From the NCBI GenBank assembly GCA_020137815.1, contig CM035355.1, positions 7,378,001 through 7,442,000 of the forward strand: DNA of 64,000 nt, written 5' to 3'. Below the pieces are notes generated by a model that was not told where the DNA came from, searched no databases, and saw only the letters and a list, made by a program, of their open reading frames with translations. The translations under genes were made by a program, and so were the position numbers. Shown here piece by piece: positions 50,848 through 64,000 of the stretch; positions within the stretch are counted from its first letter, which is position 1, and every line of letters begins with the position of its first letter. Origin of the DNA: Hormiphora californensis. Taxonomy: Eukaryota > Animalia > Ctenophora.

Positions 50848-52147
50848 TTCCTATGGGGAACTCCCATGTTTTACTGGGTCGGGAGACTCCTTGGAGCGTT
50901 TGAGGCGATATGCTTTGCATAGTCCGAATCGCAGCACTAACAACAACAACAACAACAACAAATCCTTCACTTTTCATAGAATAAAAATGACTCCCACTAC
51001 TTTTGTAGATCTCATTGAGAGCGATCGAAAACTTGAGTCTTGAGGGTCTTTTTATTGGATGCGCAAAAAGGGTTGCTGGTTGCACACGACTTTTGGCACG
51101 TGCTGATCTACCCGCTTCTACTAACGGTCTACTAGTATTGCATGAGCCAGAATTATATCTCTGGAAGATTACAGATAGATTATAAACTGATTTCCATCGC
51201 ATCAGAGATTTCATCCCCACGGCCTGAGAGCCCGCAATGCAGTTTGAGCTGCGTTACGGTAACGCCGTTACCACTCCTTAACCGGGTCTATCATGGTAGG
51301 ACATAGTTAGAGCCATCGGGCAGCAGGCACACTGGCTCAACAAGCACACCGGCTCAGAATAAACCTTGTAAAAGATCGACCAAGATCGAGTGTGTGAAAA
51401 AAATAGATTGAGCTTCGAAACAAAAACTTGATGTTGGGATATCGCGCGTGCCGTTGTTTTTAGCGCGCATTTAAATTTATTAATACGATGCTTTATTACG
51501 CCGCGCATTGTGTTGCTTGTTCGCATCGGATTCCTTCAAACTTTTCGGAAGATTTTTTAAATTTCAAATTTCTTTACAACTTTTTCAATTTTCCAGACCT
51601 TTTGGATGGCGCTTGTTTTGTATTTCTAGGCTCTTGTAACCTTTATTCAGATACCAAGACAGCTATTTGTTAATTGGAATACCCAAGATCTTTGAAAACC
51701 GGGCAAAATACCAAAAATAGGCCGCTATAGACGCGGTGTTAGTTTTAACGATAATCTCGGTGTTCTTTAAAAATATTATTGACCGATGACTGGGGGTCTA
51801 GGCACGAATAGCTTCCAGGTACTAGGGAGGGGCGAGCTGACACCTATGAAGTATATGCACAAAGAGGACTTCAAGGCAAGGACTATGGGATAGGCCCCAG
51901 TGCATATAGCATGGGCCATTAAAAGTGTTTTGTTTGATCAAAACTTTCCGAGACTCTTGGATTGTGTACCAAAGCTAATGGGTTCAGGGTTTCATCGCCC
52001 GATATTCAAACGTTTAGTCAATAAAACGAAACGATTATAGAAATAGAAGGTTTATCAACAGTTTACTAAATTCATTAAAACATACGCTGACAGACATAAC
52101 AAGTTTTGGTACACACAAACAAAGAAAAATTCCTATTCACAACATCC

Positions 52148-53718
52148 TCAGTGCCCCCTAGCCTGACGTCTTGATCGATGAATCCAATTGATCCTCTTTA
52201 GCTCACAATTTCTAAACTGCTCTTGCAACAACTCATGTAGGAAGCCTGCATGGCTCACTATAGCAAGGCATTTTTCCGGCTGCTTGAACAGCCACTCGCG
52301 GAATCGTTTCGCTCGCAAAGTTATTGTGACGTCAGTTTCGTCCTCATTCCACCAGACCTCGGGTACAATGGAGAAATCAACCTGAAACAAGAGTTGCATT
52401 AAACTGGGTTTGTCTACTGCAGAGGGACAGTTATGAGATACAAAATGTATCAGGTTTCTTTGAACAACTATGGGTATACCTGTTGCCATTTCGGCTCTAG
52501 TTGTGTCCTTCTTGTTCCGTAATTGCAGGGTGCGTCGCAATATTCGCTGACTAGGTGGCATGCCTGGGGATAATATAATGGATGGAAATGGTTTCACTGT
52601 AATTGTCTCTTAGATACCCTTTCTCTCTCTTTCTCTATCTTTCTCCCTATCTTTTTTCACGTGATGTTCTAACAATGAACCCACACAGGGTTAGTTGTGT
52701 CTTGTGATATACAATAATTAGATAAACTGAGATATTAAGTTTTATAGTTAGGTAAGAAGAGATGTTTTACCAGTGATAGAACCTGTGACAGCGGATAGTC
52801 GAAGAGAGAAGGAAGAGAGAAGGACGAGATAAGGAAGAGATATATGTGTACCTTTTACCAGCTGTAATTAAATATTTGCCCACAGCTGTTATAAGAAGAA
52901 ATTAAACTCGACGTGGTACATATTGTGCCAGGTGTCATAACACTTGAGTTGTGAGATATTGTACTACTTCTCTGTACTGTTAATTGAGCATGCTCCTTCA
53001 TAGAATAAACTAGTACTAAAGCATGCTCCTTCATAAAATAAACTAGTGCTTAAGCATGCTCCTTCATAAAATAAACTAGTACTTAAGCATGCTCCTTCAT
53101 AAACACAAATGTACCTGGAAGGGAATGTTGTGTCCTCCGAATGTCCCCCAAGCAGTCTGTAGAGTTCGCGTCATTGGAGAAACGATCACCTTTTCTATCT
53201 TGACTCCAGATTTAATTAGAATATCAACCTGAGAAAAAGGGAGTCATTATTATTTGATATTTCATGATGTCATCTCATTTCACAAACACGTCACAATTTA
53301 TAAATGTTTTTGTTTTTTCTCTCGAAAAGAAAGAGAGATGAAAGTTGGCCGCACAACGTTTTGCTTGATGTGTGTATGTCGACCAATTTTTGTGCTTGAT
53401 TCATGATAAATGCTTTCCACGCAGTATACAGACGAACAAACGTACAATGACAAATGAACAACAATAAATTCACAGTTTCTCTCTCCCTTTCTCTCTCCCT
53501 CTAATACTATCTTTTTCTCCCTGCATTTCTCTTTCGATTTCGTTAAAATTGAAACTTTGTCTTCCGCAGTATTTCTCCCTTTTTATTTAACCTTCTACAA
53601 TATCTTTCTCTCTTCTCATTTCGTATCTGCCGTTACATGTTTTCACTTTGGCACTTTACCCTGTCTCTAAATATTACTCTCTGTTTACCATCTTTGTTTC
53701 TTTCTCACTTTATTCCTC

Positions 53719-53814
<96 letters not shown>

Positions 53815-54724
53815 ACAACCTGGCACTCACTCAATAAAGCACTACGCCCAAGTATCACTAACATAGAAGAAACGCACTCCCATCTTTATGAGAAAGTTGG
53901 AAATTATTTTACTATTCTCAGTACATCTCTGCGTCTGTCCTTACTGCCCTAGATAATATCTCAAGTTGTATTGCCCCACCCTGCACCTTGTATTGCCCCA
54001 CCCTGCACCTTGTATTGCCCCACCCTGCACCTTTTCTTCTGGCAACTGAACTCAACAATCCTTTTGTATTTCTTGGCTCTAGTTCATAGCTTTCTATCTC
54101 TTTATCTCTCTACGAAATAATACAGCTGTATTTAGGACGCAGCACACGTTTCATGGAATCCCTGACGGGAAACCAATCTCTCTATCTCTCAATAGAGATT
54201 ACCAAAAGTCAAGGAGCTGAACCACCGCAGCAACTACGACACTTTTCGCGCCCTACATAAACATACAAATCCACATATTTGGAGGTTTTTCAAGCAAACT
54301 CAATAACCGCACTGACAAGCATGGTACCCACCTCTTTTCTCAAGTCTGCAACTTGGTTATTTCCCAGGGGCGTCAGCTCAGGATCCCGGATATTTATTGC
54401 TTCGTGAACCTTCCTCTCATCAAAGAGACTGTTGTGATATCCCTCCGCATGGCGTACAAACAGGAGCTGTTTTTCAATTCGTTTATATGTCTGCCCGTTT
54501 ATCTTGCAGTCTGAGAGGGAGAGATAATTAGAAATGTTACGAAAACTCTTGGGCAAGCAAATTTGCTATTCTTTTGTTTTGTTCAAACCCGCGGTGAGAC
54601 AGGGTCGAGCAAGGCAACTTTGTGTAGTACACACATCACACACTCCACACATGTGTGATGTGTGTACATATATATGTTGCAACATACAAGTTGGGTCGGG
54701 AATCATGGTCGAAGGATCGCTCAT
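52148..54724 (-). CDS. Histidine phosphatase / phosphoglycerate-mutase-like protein, 215 aa
   Basis: Exons 54724-54688, 54510-54332, 53228-53115, 52563-52480, 52381-52148 splice in frame (648 nt); motifs LLFVRHAEGYHN, DPELTPLG..Q, VSPMTRTLQTA, E...PCNYG, LAIVSHAGFL, F.NCE. Confidence 0.9.
52987..53103. repeat. 33-bp minisatellite (3.5 copies) next to a splice donor of the phosphatase gene
   Basis: agcatgctccttcata starts at 52987, 53020, 53053, 53086. Confidence 0.9.
53966..54033. repeat. 22-bp tandem repeat x3
   Basis: ttgtattgccccaccctgcacc repeated. Confidence 0.9.
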
Positions 54725-54857
54725 GTTGAATAGAAGGTGTGGTGTGCAGTACCCAAGGCAAAAAGTAATAAACGAGTATTCTAATACGAGACACACTTCT
54801 TTTGGACATCGATCAGCACACGACACACGTTCATGAAATGACTACAGAGAGAGAAAG

Positions 54858-54916
<59 letters not shown>

Positions 54917-55613
54917 AAAGACACAAGATGGTTACTAAGCATTAACGATCAATTATGGTAAATCAGTGATGTATATGTTCGTGTTTATTGTTATGACAGA
55001 GAGAACGATAGGGAAAGAAAGATGCAAAAAATGACTCTCTTTCTCTCTTTTAGAGAGAAATTATATTGAATTCAGCATCAGTAAATGATGTTCGGTATCG
55101 ATAAATAGCTTCATAGTTATGAATATTTCATAATTACCCTGTTTCTAGGCGGGGGCGGTAATAAACGGTTTTTGTGAGATTGCCCCAAATGAATTATTGT
55201 AATGCCACAGAAATTAGTACTTGACATAAATATCTGCAAGACCGCTATCGGCTATAATAAGAGATATCAGTACAACTCGATCCGTTTCTCTTCTGTTTCC
55301 CGACTGTTTTTGTGTGTGTATTAGATATGATCATTAGACCAGTACAACTAATTATCTACATTGCCGTTTATTAAATGAACTTGCCGACTGCTGTACGACA
55401 TTCTTTGGACTGTGTATCTGGCTTTGTTTTATTTGTATCCCTAGCTTTTGTATGATCTCTTGTTTGGCCGATCCTTCGGGACATCATTTTTCATCATTCC
55501 CCTGCCGGAATCACTGCCATATTTCATCATTTGTGTAATTATACTCTAGCTCGCTTGACCCTGTGGCCTGTCTCACCGCTCCGTCCCCCCATTTAGCTAT
55601 ACGGTATAAATGT

Positions 55614-56356
55614 ATGTCAGGGCAAAGTGTCGCGTTTGACGAGGAAACTACCTTACCAGTGTTCGTGTCACCCAGTGAGCTTCTTTTCTACACCGATGAT
55701 CACACAACTCATAGACAGGTAGAGAGAGGGGGATGGAGAGGGGGGGGTTTGAGGTCTGAGAGTGAGAACGAGGGAGACCGGAGAGAAATAACTACTTTGT
55801 TCTGTTTCTAATCCCTCTCCTTCCCCGGGCATATTTTTCTGGGAATTCGTTAATGCTGGTCGTGCGGTGTTTAAAGCTGGTTAAATGTTAAATATTCCTC
55901 TCTCTCTCTCGCTGGTCTGTTAAATCTTCCTCTCTCTCGCAGGTGCTGACCATCTACAATCCGTATGGGTACACACTTCGCTACAAAGGTAAGCCAAATC
56001 TCCCCCATTTCTTCCCCATGTCATCGATAGACCTGACCCAAAACCAATATATTTCCCTGCAGTAACATTTTCCTAACTTTCCTTCCTCTTTTTCCAATAC
56101 ACTGCAGTCTTTATATCATATCTTTATATCATCCTTCTTTCCCATAGTGCTGTGTACGGAACCAAGAAAGTACCATGTGCTAGAGAGCGAGGGTGTGATA
56201 AAATCCCGGTGTAGGACCGACATTGTGGTGAGACACAAGGAGCCCTCGGTGGGTGGGTCCCGGGAGAAGTTTCAGATTCAGTTGTATGAGCATGGTAGTT
56301 GGACTCTTCGGGGACACAAGTTTATTATCAGCGAGACTGTGGAGGGAAAACCACCG
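55614..56356 (+). CDS. MOSPD1: Motile sperm domain-containing protein 1/3-like (MSP domain; 3' exons not located)
   Basis: Exons 55614-55718, 55943-55988, 56148-56356 give [48 protein letters not shown]...DIVVRH...EKFQIQL, closely matching the MOSPD1 N-terminus. Confidence 0.9.
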
Positions 56357-57000
56357 GTAAATAGACAACTTCTCTCTTTTTATATCACATATGTATCTCA
56401 CTTTTTTATCTCACTCACACACATTTATCGTGTGAAGGCAGTCAAATCACTACCCCCTGCACAGCTCTAGGACGCGGTCAGCGTGATAGAATGATCATTG
56501 TCCGTACGTGTGTATGTCGACAAGTGTATTACAAGTGTGAGAATGATGAAGAGAGGGAGAGAGAGAGAGAGAGGTAGATAGTTTGAGAGAGGGAGAGGTA
56601 GAGTGAGGGAGAGACTAGAGGGAGATGTAGAGTGAGATAGAGAGGGAGAGATGGAGAGGTAGAGTGAGAGTTTGAGTATAGAAAAGTATCTTACTAGAGT
56701 TGAGGTAATGAAAGAATATGGCGTGCCGGGTGAGGAAAGAAAGAAAGAAAGTTGTACAATCAAATCTCTCTATTCATCAACCTAAACTAATTGTATACCG
56801 CGTGCGTGTAGTGTGTGCGCTATTCTCTCAATTATGGGCGTCTATCTACAACAATCTAGAACTATCCAATGATTGCCCCAAAGTATAGTTCTATAGGGGC
56901 GGTGGCTTCTATTGTTAGGAAGATTTAGAACTATATTCGTACAACACATCGATTGAGAGCCTCAATGGAACGGCTTAAAACCCAGATATGTTCTAGCTAG

Positions 57001-57389
57001 CTACATCAACCTACCAATGCTAAGTAAATTCCAGAGACGAACTTTTTTGAGTGACCTCGGTCCCAGCTGTTCCTGATCATCTCTTTCCTTACTTCGCCTA
57101 CTACCTGGCCTCACAGACCCACCCCTGCACTTTACAATTGGTTGCGAGTTGATAGTCTCTATATTATAGCACGCCTGGGCATGTTTCACTGATGCAGGAG
57201 AGATGGAGCGGGAGGGGGACCTCTGGACAGTGATTGTGTCGGTGTCTGACCAGCAGCTGGTGCTTCTCGTACTGAGATGATCGGAGTCTGATCTGCTTCT
57301 CTGTTTCAGTATCCGGGGGTGGTTGTGCAGGTGGTTTGTTGGGGGTCGGGGTGGTGGGTCACGACGTTTCTGGCAGGTTGGTGACATCT
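57001..57389 (-). CDS. Putative terminal or single exon encoding a ~128-aa Ser/Arg/Pro-rich, probably disordered peptide
   Basis: Open frame with coding-like composition, preceded by a pyrimidine tract and cag acceptor (57390-92); no recognisable domain. Confidence 0.4.
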
Positions 57390-57724
57390 CTGCAGCAATA
57401 CAAAGAGAGGTGGATTTGGGGGTTTTCAGCAGAAAACCAGAAAACAACTAACTATTTTAGGATCGTTCGCAATGAATATTGGTCATAGTATCAATAAACT
57501 GGGATCATAATATCAAATGGGAAAAAGCAAAGGACTGCTAATCAAGCCGTCAGGTATTTTGGACCCACTGCTACACACGCAGGGCATTTTGTGGTAGCAT
57601 AGCAAGGAAGGTTCATACATAGTACAACAGTGTGTGTAGAAAGAAAGAGAGAGAGAGAGAGATAGACGAGAGGGAGACGAGAGAGAGAGGAGAGAGGAGA
57701 GAGAGAGACCAGGAGGAGAGAGAT

Positions 57725-57757
<33 letters not shown>

Positions 57758-57829
57758 GGGTTGGAAGAAGAAAGGAGAGAAAGAGAGAGGAGAGAGAGAA
57801 AGAGGAGAGAGAGAGGAGAAGAGAGGAGG

Positions 57830-57891
<62 letters not shown>

Positions 57892-58079
57892 TTGACAACA
57901 GAAAGCAAATATCAGTACTTTAGCTGTCTGTAGTTTGTATGTGATCACACGACAATTGACATTTCATATTTTGCAAGGCTATGCGGCAGCAATGACACGT
58001 GTCGGTATATAAAAAACAAGACCATATTTTGTTTATCATGCTCAATCAGCCAATCACCAAAAACTAGAAACAACCACAA

Positions 58080-58880
58080 AAAAGGGAAAAAATAAAACCC
58101 AGTTAAAAGGGAAAATTTTGGTTTTTCCCCCTTAACTTTTTTTAGAAATTTTTTTTAGCCCCCTTCCCCCCCCTTTTTTTTTATTTTTATTCCTTTTGAG
58201 GGTTTTAATTGGGGTTTTTATTTTTTTTTTTTTTTATGGGGAATTTTAAAAAAAACCGGGAGGTAGTAATAAGATCTTAATCTTTTCCTTCATCGCCTCT
58301 TATACCCCGCTTTTTTCTCAACTTGTTCCATGAACCCTTTCCTCCTTTTTTTAAAGTTTATTAAAAGATTTAAATTTTTCCCCCCCCCAAAATTTTACCC
58401 CTTGGAAATTTCCGTTTTTTTTTTTTTTATTTTTTTAATTTGGTTTTATTTTAAAAATTTTCCTTTGAAAATAAAAAATAATGATTTTATTTTGAAAAAG
58501 TAGTTTTGGGGGTTTTTTTTAAACCCCGGTTTTAAACTCACCCCTCTTTGTTTTAGAAATTTTAAAAGGCCGGTTTGCGCTCCTTTCCCTTTTTTAAATT
58601 ATTTTTTTTTTTAAACCCAATTTTGAAAAAAAATTTTAAGTTGAAAAGGGGGGAAAAGGAAAGGGAAAATTTTTTTTTTTTTTAAAAAAAAAAAGTTTAA
58701 AAAACACAAAAGGGGGTTTGGAGGGGGGAAAAAAAAGGGTAAAAAATGGGGGAAATTAAAAAGGGGGTAAAAGGGGAGAAGGAAAGTCTTTTTTTAAATT
58801 TTTCCTTTTAAAAAAGGTCAACCCCTCCTTTTATTTTTTCCCTGCATTTTATTTTCCCAAACCTACTTTCCCCTCTTTTT
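58080..58880. other. Homopolymer-garbled low-quality sequence
   Basis: Same signature as 14591-16330; boundaries approximate. Confidence 0.7.
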
Positions 58881-59260
58881 TTTTTCCTTTCCTCCTCACT
58901 CACTCTCTTTCCCACTATCTCTCTCCCACTATCTCTCGATCTCGCTCTGTCTCATTTTAGTCGCGAAGTGGCTCTAACTACTATATCACCAGTCTGAATG
59001 CAGCAGAACGATGCTCTACCCACTTAGTCCAGGAAAATAGTACTCACTAACTACCTTGAACTCAGAGAATATTATATTCAGCCATTTAAACTGTCCTCGG
59101 AAAATGAGTTTGGTAAATTGTTTGAACAATTAACTTTTTGGGTATATTTACATAACCGTTTTGTCAGAAAGTTCCTTCATATTTTGGCTAGATCGACGTT
59201 TATTACTCATAGTGCAGACTTTGAGACTATAACATCATCCATATTTATTCCTTCCGCGTG

Positions 59261-59417
<157 letters not shown>

Positions 59418-60209
59418 ACTCTTTCTCACTCTTTCTCATTATCTTTCTCACTCCCTTTCTCCTTCCTCTCTTACTCTCTCTTTCCTCTTCGATCTTCCAA
59501 AGTTTCCTCCTCCACATTTCCATGTTTTCCCTCTTCTCCATTCTCCAACAAGTTCAGCTAACCCACATATGTGTCACATGTGTATTTCGCAACTATCCAA
59601 ACGCCCAACTTTCTTATGATATAATTAGACCGCAAAACCAAACATAAATGATACTTTATTATCATTTTAGTAAATAAGTATTATCCTTTCGAATATTATG
59701 TTCTTTCAATGTAATAAAAGATGATCTTAGTGTTTGTTAGTCACTTCCTTAACAACTTGCAGTTCTCACATGCTTTCACTATTAGTTAAGTTCTGATTTG
59801 AGAGAGGCTCTATCCCTTTCTTTCGTTCTATCTCTCTCTCTATCTCTCCCATACATACTTTCTCTGCTTCTCCATCCATCCCATCATATATTGTATGGCC
59901 ATCACATACATAATATCCTTGTTTTAGGTGCAATATTAGGTCTCTCCATGCCTTCCTTCTCTCACCCTATCTGCTGAGTCTATCCGATCCCTCTCTTTAT
60001 CCTTCTATCTTTCTATCCCCTCTCTCTCTCCCTCATCTGTCTTTCTACCTCTCTAACGGCACTGTATCTCTACTACAGTCTACACACACGGCTTTGACGT
60101 GTGTTCCATTCACGCGTGTTTCATCGTGGGGAACGTTTCCTAGTGAATTCTCTCATTCTTTTATTCTTGTGTCAACCCTCTTGTGTTGCTTGCCAATGAT
60201 TTCTGAATA

Positions 60210-60263
<54 letters not shown>

Positions 60264-60450
60264 TCTCACTCTCTCTCTCTCTCCCTTTCTCTCTCATCAT
60301 ATATGTATATTCCATTATTGACACGGATTTGTAATGATTAATGACATAATGCTATATCAAGTGCAGTGATTATGTCTAGTTGTGTATCTCCTTGGCCTCT
60401 ATTTCCTAACTACAACCACCAATTATTGAACTGTCACTATCTGATGTCTC

Positions 60451-60772
<322 letters not shown>

Positions 60773-60935
60773 CCTCTGCATTTGTTTATAGCTCCTCATA
60801 ACATGCGAACTGCGATCAGTATTATTATGTAGGCATGTTGCGTAGTATTATTAGTTTTTATCCTATCAAAAACATTTTTTTGCCTCTTTTCTATTGTACA
60901 ACAGCTTGCTATGAATATATTTGACCGTCCAGGAC

Positions 60936-62009
60936 ATGTTTTCACGGTATCGCAACACCTCAAGACCCTCCCGTGTGTCCCGTATTGTCCTCCCACCAAC
61001 AGTAACCCCAACCTCGGCAGTATCTCGACACATCATCCAACTCCTATCATTCTTTCTAATTATGGTTGGGTATATCGTAGCGGGCACACTGGTTTTCATA
61101 TTTCTTGAGTACCCCGCGGCCGAGAAAAGGAACAAGGAACTAATGGATAGTTATGTGAGGTATAACCTTTCAAAACAACAGCAAATGGCAATATTTGATT
61201 TGAAGTGTAAACTACAAAACAACGCGGAATGGACCACGACCCACTCCCTTCATCTCTCGTTCAGTATTATCACAACAATAGGGTTTGGTGAGCTCGCCCC
61301 TAAGACAATAGGAGGAAGGGTGACGGTTGTATTTTACGCAATAATCGGACTAACACTAAACCTCTTTCTCATGCTATCCTTAAAACAATTCGCCCTGGCT
61401 CTGGGTAAAAAGGCTGTCTCGGTAATGAGTTGTGGTGGTCATGTCTCCTATCGGAAACGCAGGATAATCAGGGTGGTCGTTGTTTTGGTTTTCATCACTC
61501 TACTTTGGTTGCTAACCGCCCTTGCAACACACCTCATTTCACGGGGTAAAGGCCACGTTCTCGCCTCTCTCTATAACACCTTTATCACCGTTACAACGAT
61601 AGGGTTTGGTGATACAATAATATTGGATCAATTGGATAGTTATCTTCCCCCGACCCTTCAACTGCTGTTCATGACGAATATAATCCTCATCCTTGTCGCG
61701 TTTACTTCCCTATTCGAACAAATCAAACGGCACAACGTGAGGAGGATCTCAAAAAGGATTTTCAGGGCGGTCAAGGTAGCCAGGATTATGAGAAGTTCAG
61801 GGGGAATGAGTGCCATTGCAGCGGCGGCAGCGCGGGCAAGGGCTGCTACGGAGAGGGAGAAAGATGAGGATGAGGAGGGTACCCAGAGGAATGGAGTGAA
61901 TGAGTTGTTTGAGGTGAAAAAGGAGGATGAAATACAGACTGATACTGGATTTGTGCCAAGGAGCAAGACTTTCAAAGTTTCACATTGGGATAAGATTAAA
62001 AACATTTAG
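60936..62009 (+). CDS. Two-pore-domain potassium channel (K2P/KCNK family), ~357 aa, uninterrupted ORF
   Basis: TM1 (YIVAGTLVFIFLE), cap helix, W..T.SL..SFSIITTIGFGELAPKTIGGR, TM2 (FYAIIG), TM3, SLYNTFITVTTIGFGD, TM4; first ATG at 60936. Confidence 0.93.
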   Translation: MFSRYRNTSRPSRVSRIVLPPTVTPTSAVSRHIIQLLSFFLIMVGYIVAGTLVFIFLEYPAAEKRNKELMDSYVRYNLSKQQQMAIFDLKCKLQNNAEWTTTHSLHLSFSIITTIGFGELAPKTIGGRVTVVFYAIIGLTLNLFLMLSLKQFALALGKKAVSVMSCGGHVSYRKRRIIRVVVVLVFITLLWLLTALATHLISRGKGHVLASLYNTFITVTTIGFGDTIILDQLDSYLPPTLQLLFMTNIILILVAFTSLFEQIKRHNVRRISKRIFRAVKVARIMRSSGGMSAIAAAAARARAATEREKDEDEEGTQRNGVNELFEVKKEDEIQTDTGFVPRSKTFKVSHWDKIKNI

Positions 62010-62337
62010 GGACGCGTTTCTTTTTTAAATTTGATCAACGTCGAAAGTTTGTGTTTTCTGCTTTTCTTAAATCAAACCTTAATCAGGTAGTACGTGTGAC
62101 GTATCAAATCAATCGAATTGCCAATAATTAGCCCGTACCTTAATAATCAGATTACCTTCATTAATTGGACCAGATATTTGGCAAAATTAACAGAATTAAA
62201 AGGTAAAGTTAGCCACATCATCACATCATGAGATCACATGTGGCTGACTCACAGACTCCACGTACATGATCATGAATGTGAGCCATTGATCACCATTACT
62301 GGCATGAAACAATCTAGCAGTGATATGAATAACAATA

Positions 62338-62389
62338 CACCCCGATTTACCGGGCAAAACTCTTTCCCCCGGTAAATCGGGGTCCGACT
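62338..62389. mobile_element. Truncated copy of the CAGTCGGACCCCG MITE family
   Basis: ccccgatttaccggg...cccggtaaatcggggtccgact. Confidence 0.7.
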
Positions 62390-63345
62390 ATATTTTCATT
62401 AAGATAATGGTTACTTACAAACTGGTTTCCAGATAAGCCGATCAAGGATGCGGGTTAGGAGGGCTCCCATAAAATGAAACAGGCATTGGCAAATGTTCCT
62501 TAACACTGAATTAGTTGCAGAACCGAGAAGCAACATCACACACATAGAGAGTGGAAGAGATGTGGAGAGAAAGAGAGATATGTAGAGAAGAGAGATAGGT
62601 AGAAGAGAGAGAGAGAGATAGGTAGATAGGTAATGGAAGAGAGAGAAAAGAGATAGATAGGTAGACCGCTTCCGTTAGGCGACTTATTAGCGTGCCTTTT
62701 GTGTATAGCATACATGCAGGCTCGAATAGTTACAATGGGAAGAGAGATAGAGAGAGAAAGAGAGATAAAGGACAGAGAGGAAGAGAAATGAACACAAAGA
62801 TGCGGGAAGGAGATTCAAGACTGCTGTAGGAATAAAGAAATTTACTGGATCAATGAATGGAGAGAAGGGAAACGTATTACAGCCTCAAATAATACACATA
62901 GCACGTATAGTACAGTGTTGAAATATGTATTCAATCACCCACACCCTATCACACATATGTATAGAGTATGTTGGATAAGCGATATATCATGACGCATCAT
63001 ATCCATTTCCTAGTTGAGCACAATTTCCTCCTTTTTCACAACTACAACTTTATAACATATCGCAGTTCAACTAGGATTATCATTGTACTCACAGGAGCTA
63101 GGTGTAGTGTTGTTAGCTGCGTTGTTCTTCCCAGATCCACTACGTGCTGTTCGATCCATGGTGGTGTGTAACAAGTGTATCAAACAGGTCAAAATAGTTG
63201 TGTCAGACAATAATCAGGGACGACATATTATCTGGATGATCAAAATGATGCGATAACGGGGCCCGGGGAGATAGATATAGAGACAAAGGGGTAGAGAGAG
63301 AGAGAGATAGCTGATGGGGAGCTGGCGATGATCGTGCTGCGGCAA

Positions 63346-63590
<245 letters not shown>

Positions 63591-64000
63591 AAGATGATTG
63601 AAATAGAGAGAAGGTAAGGTTGTGAGGGTGCTAAAAATAGCTGCAATGGTGTGTGCAGTCACCGCATATTCAAGAGTATTTTAACTAAGCCTAGTAAATC
63701 ATTTCACGGATACCTCATCACCACACGACAGCATAGAACACTAGATGTGCGCAAAGTTACTATTTGAAACTAAAGCAAGTGATAGAGTCAAACAAAATGT
63801 AACAGCAAAATGGGACTCTGCGGTTATTGATATCTGAAGACTATTACTCCATCAATTTGTGTCTCCTCCCTCCCTCACTTACATACACACCTCTTGATAG
63901 ATAGTTGATTTTGGCTGCATTCCAATTCTTTAATACGTCACCTCTCTTCATTCATTAGCACTGTATGTGAAGAAGACGCACAGATAGTTTCCTTGTCTTG

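Noticed and set aside
52482-52597. N-terminal half of ORF 52148..52597 as coding sequence
   Set aside because: The true exon (52563-52480) is read in a different frame; the ORF runs through intron sequence

Overview
Eukaryotic (animal) genomic DNA with short GT-AG introns, very abundant (GA/CT)n microsatellites and many non-autonomous DNA transposons. The repeat style resembles a ctenophore such as Pleurobrachia; this is inference and not verified. Protein-coding genes reconstructed by hand are: a 21-exon MAST-family kinase (DUF1908 + AGC kinase + PDZ, + strand, 18642-29088, ~1202 aa); a small minus-strand gene encoding a single EGF domain, a transmembrane helix and an NPxY-bearing tail resembling the C-terminus of LRP1 (31605-33111); a 5-exon histidine-phosphatase/PGAM-like gene (- strand, 52148-54724) head-to-head with a MOSPD1-like gene (+ strand, 55614-56356, 3' end not found); and a two-pore K+ channel with an uninterrupted ORF (60936-62009). 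Mobile DNA includes hAT-, Chapaev-, Kolobok- and Tc1/pogo-type MITEs, two long fold-back palindromes and a self-nested inverted insertion. One 100-N gap and four homopolymer-garbled stretches look like assembly or read artefacts, so ORFs there were ignored.
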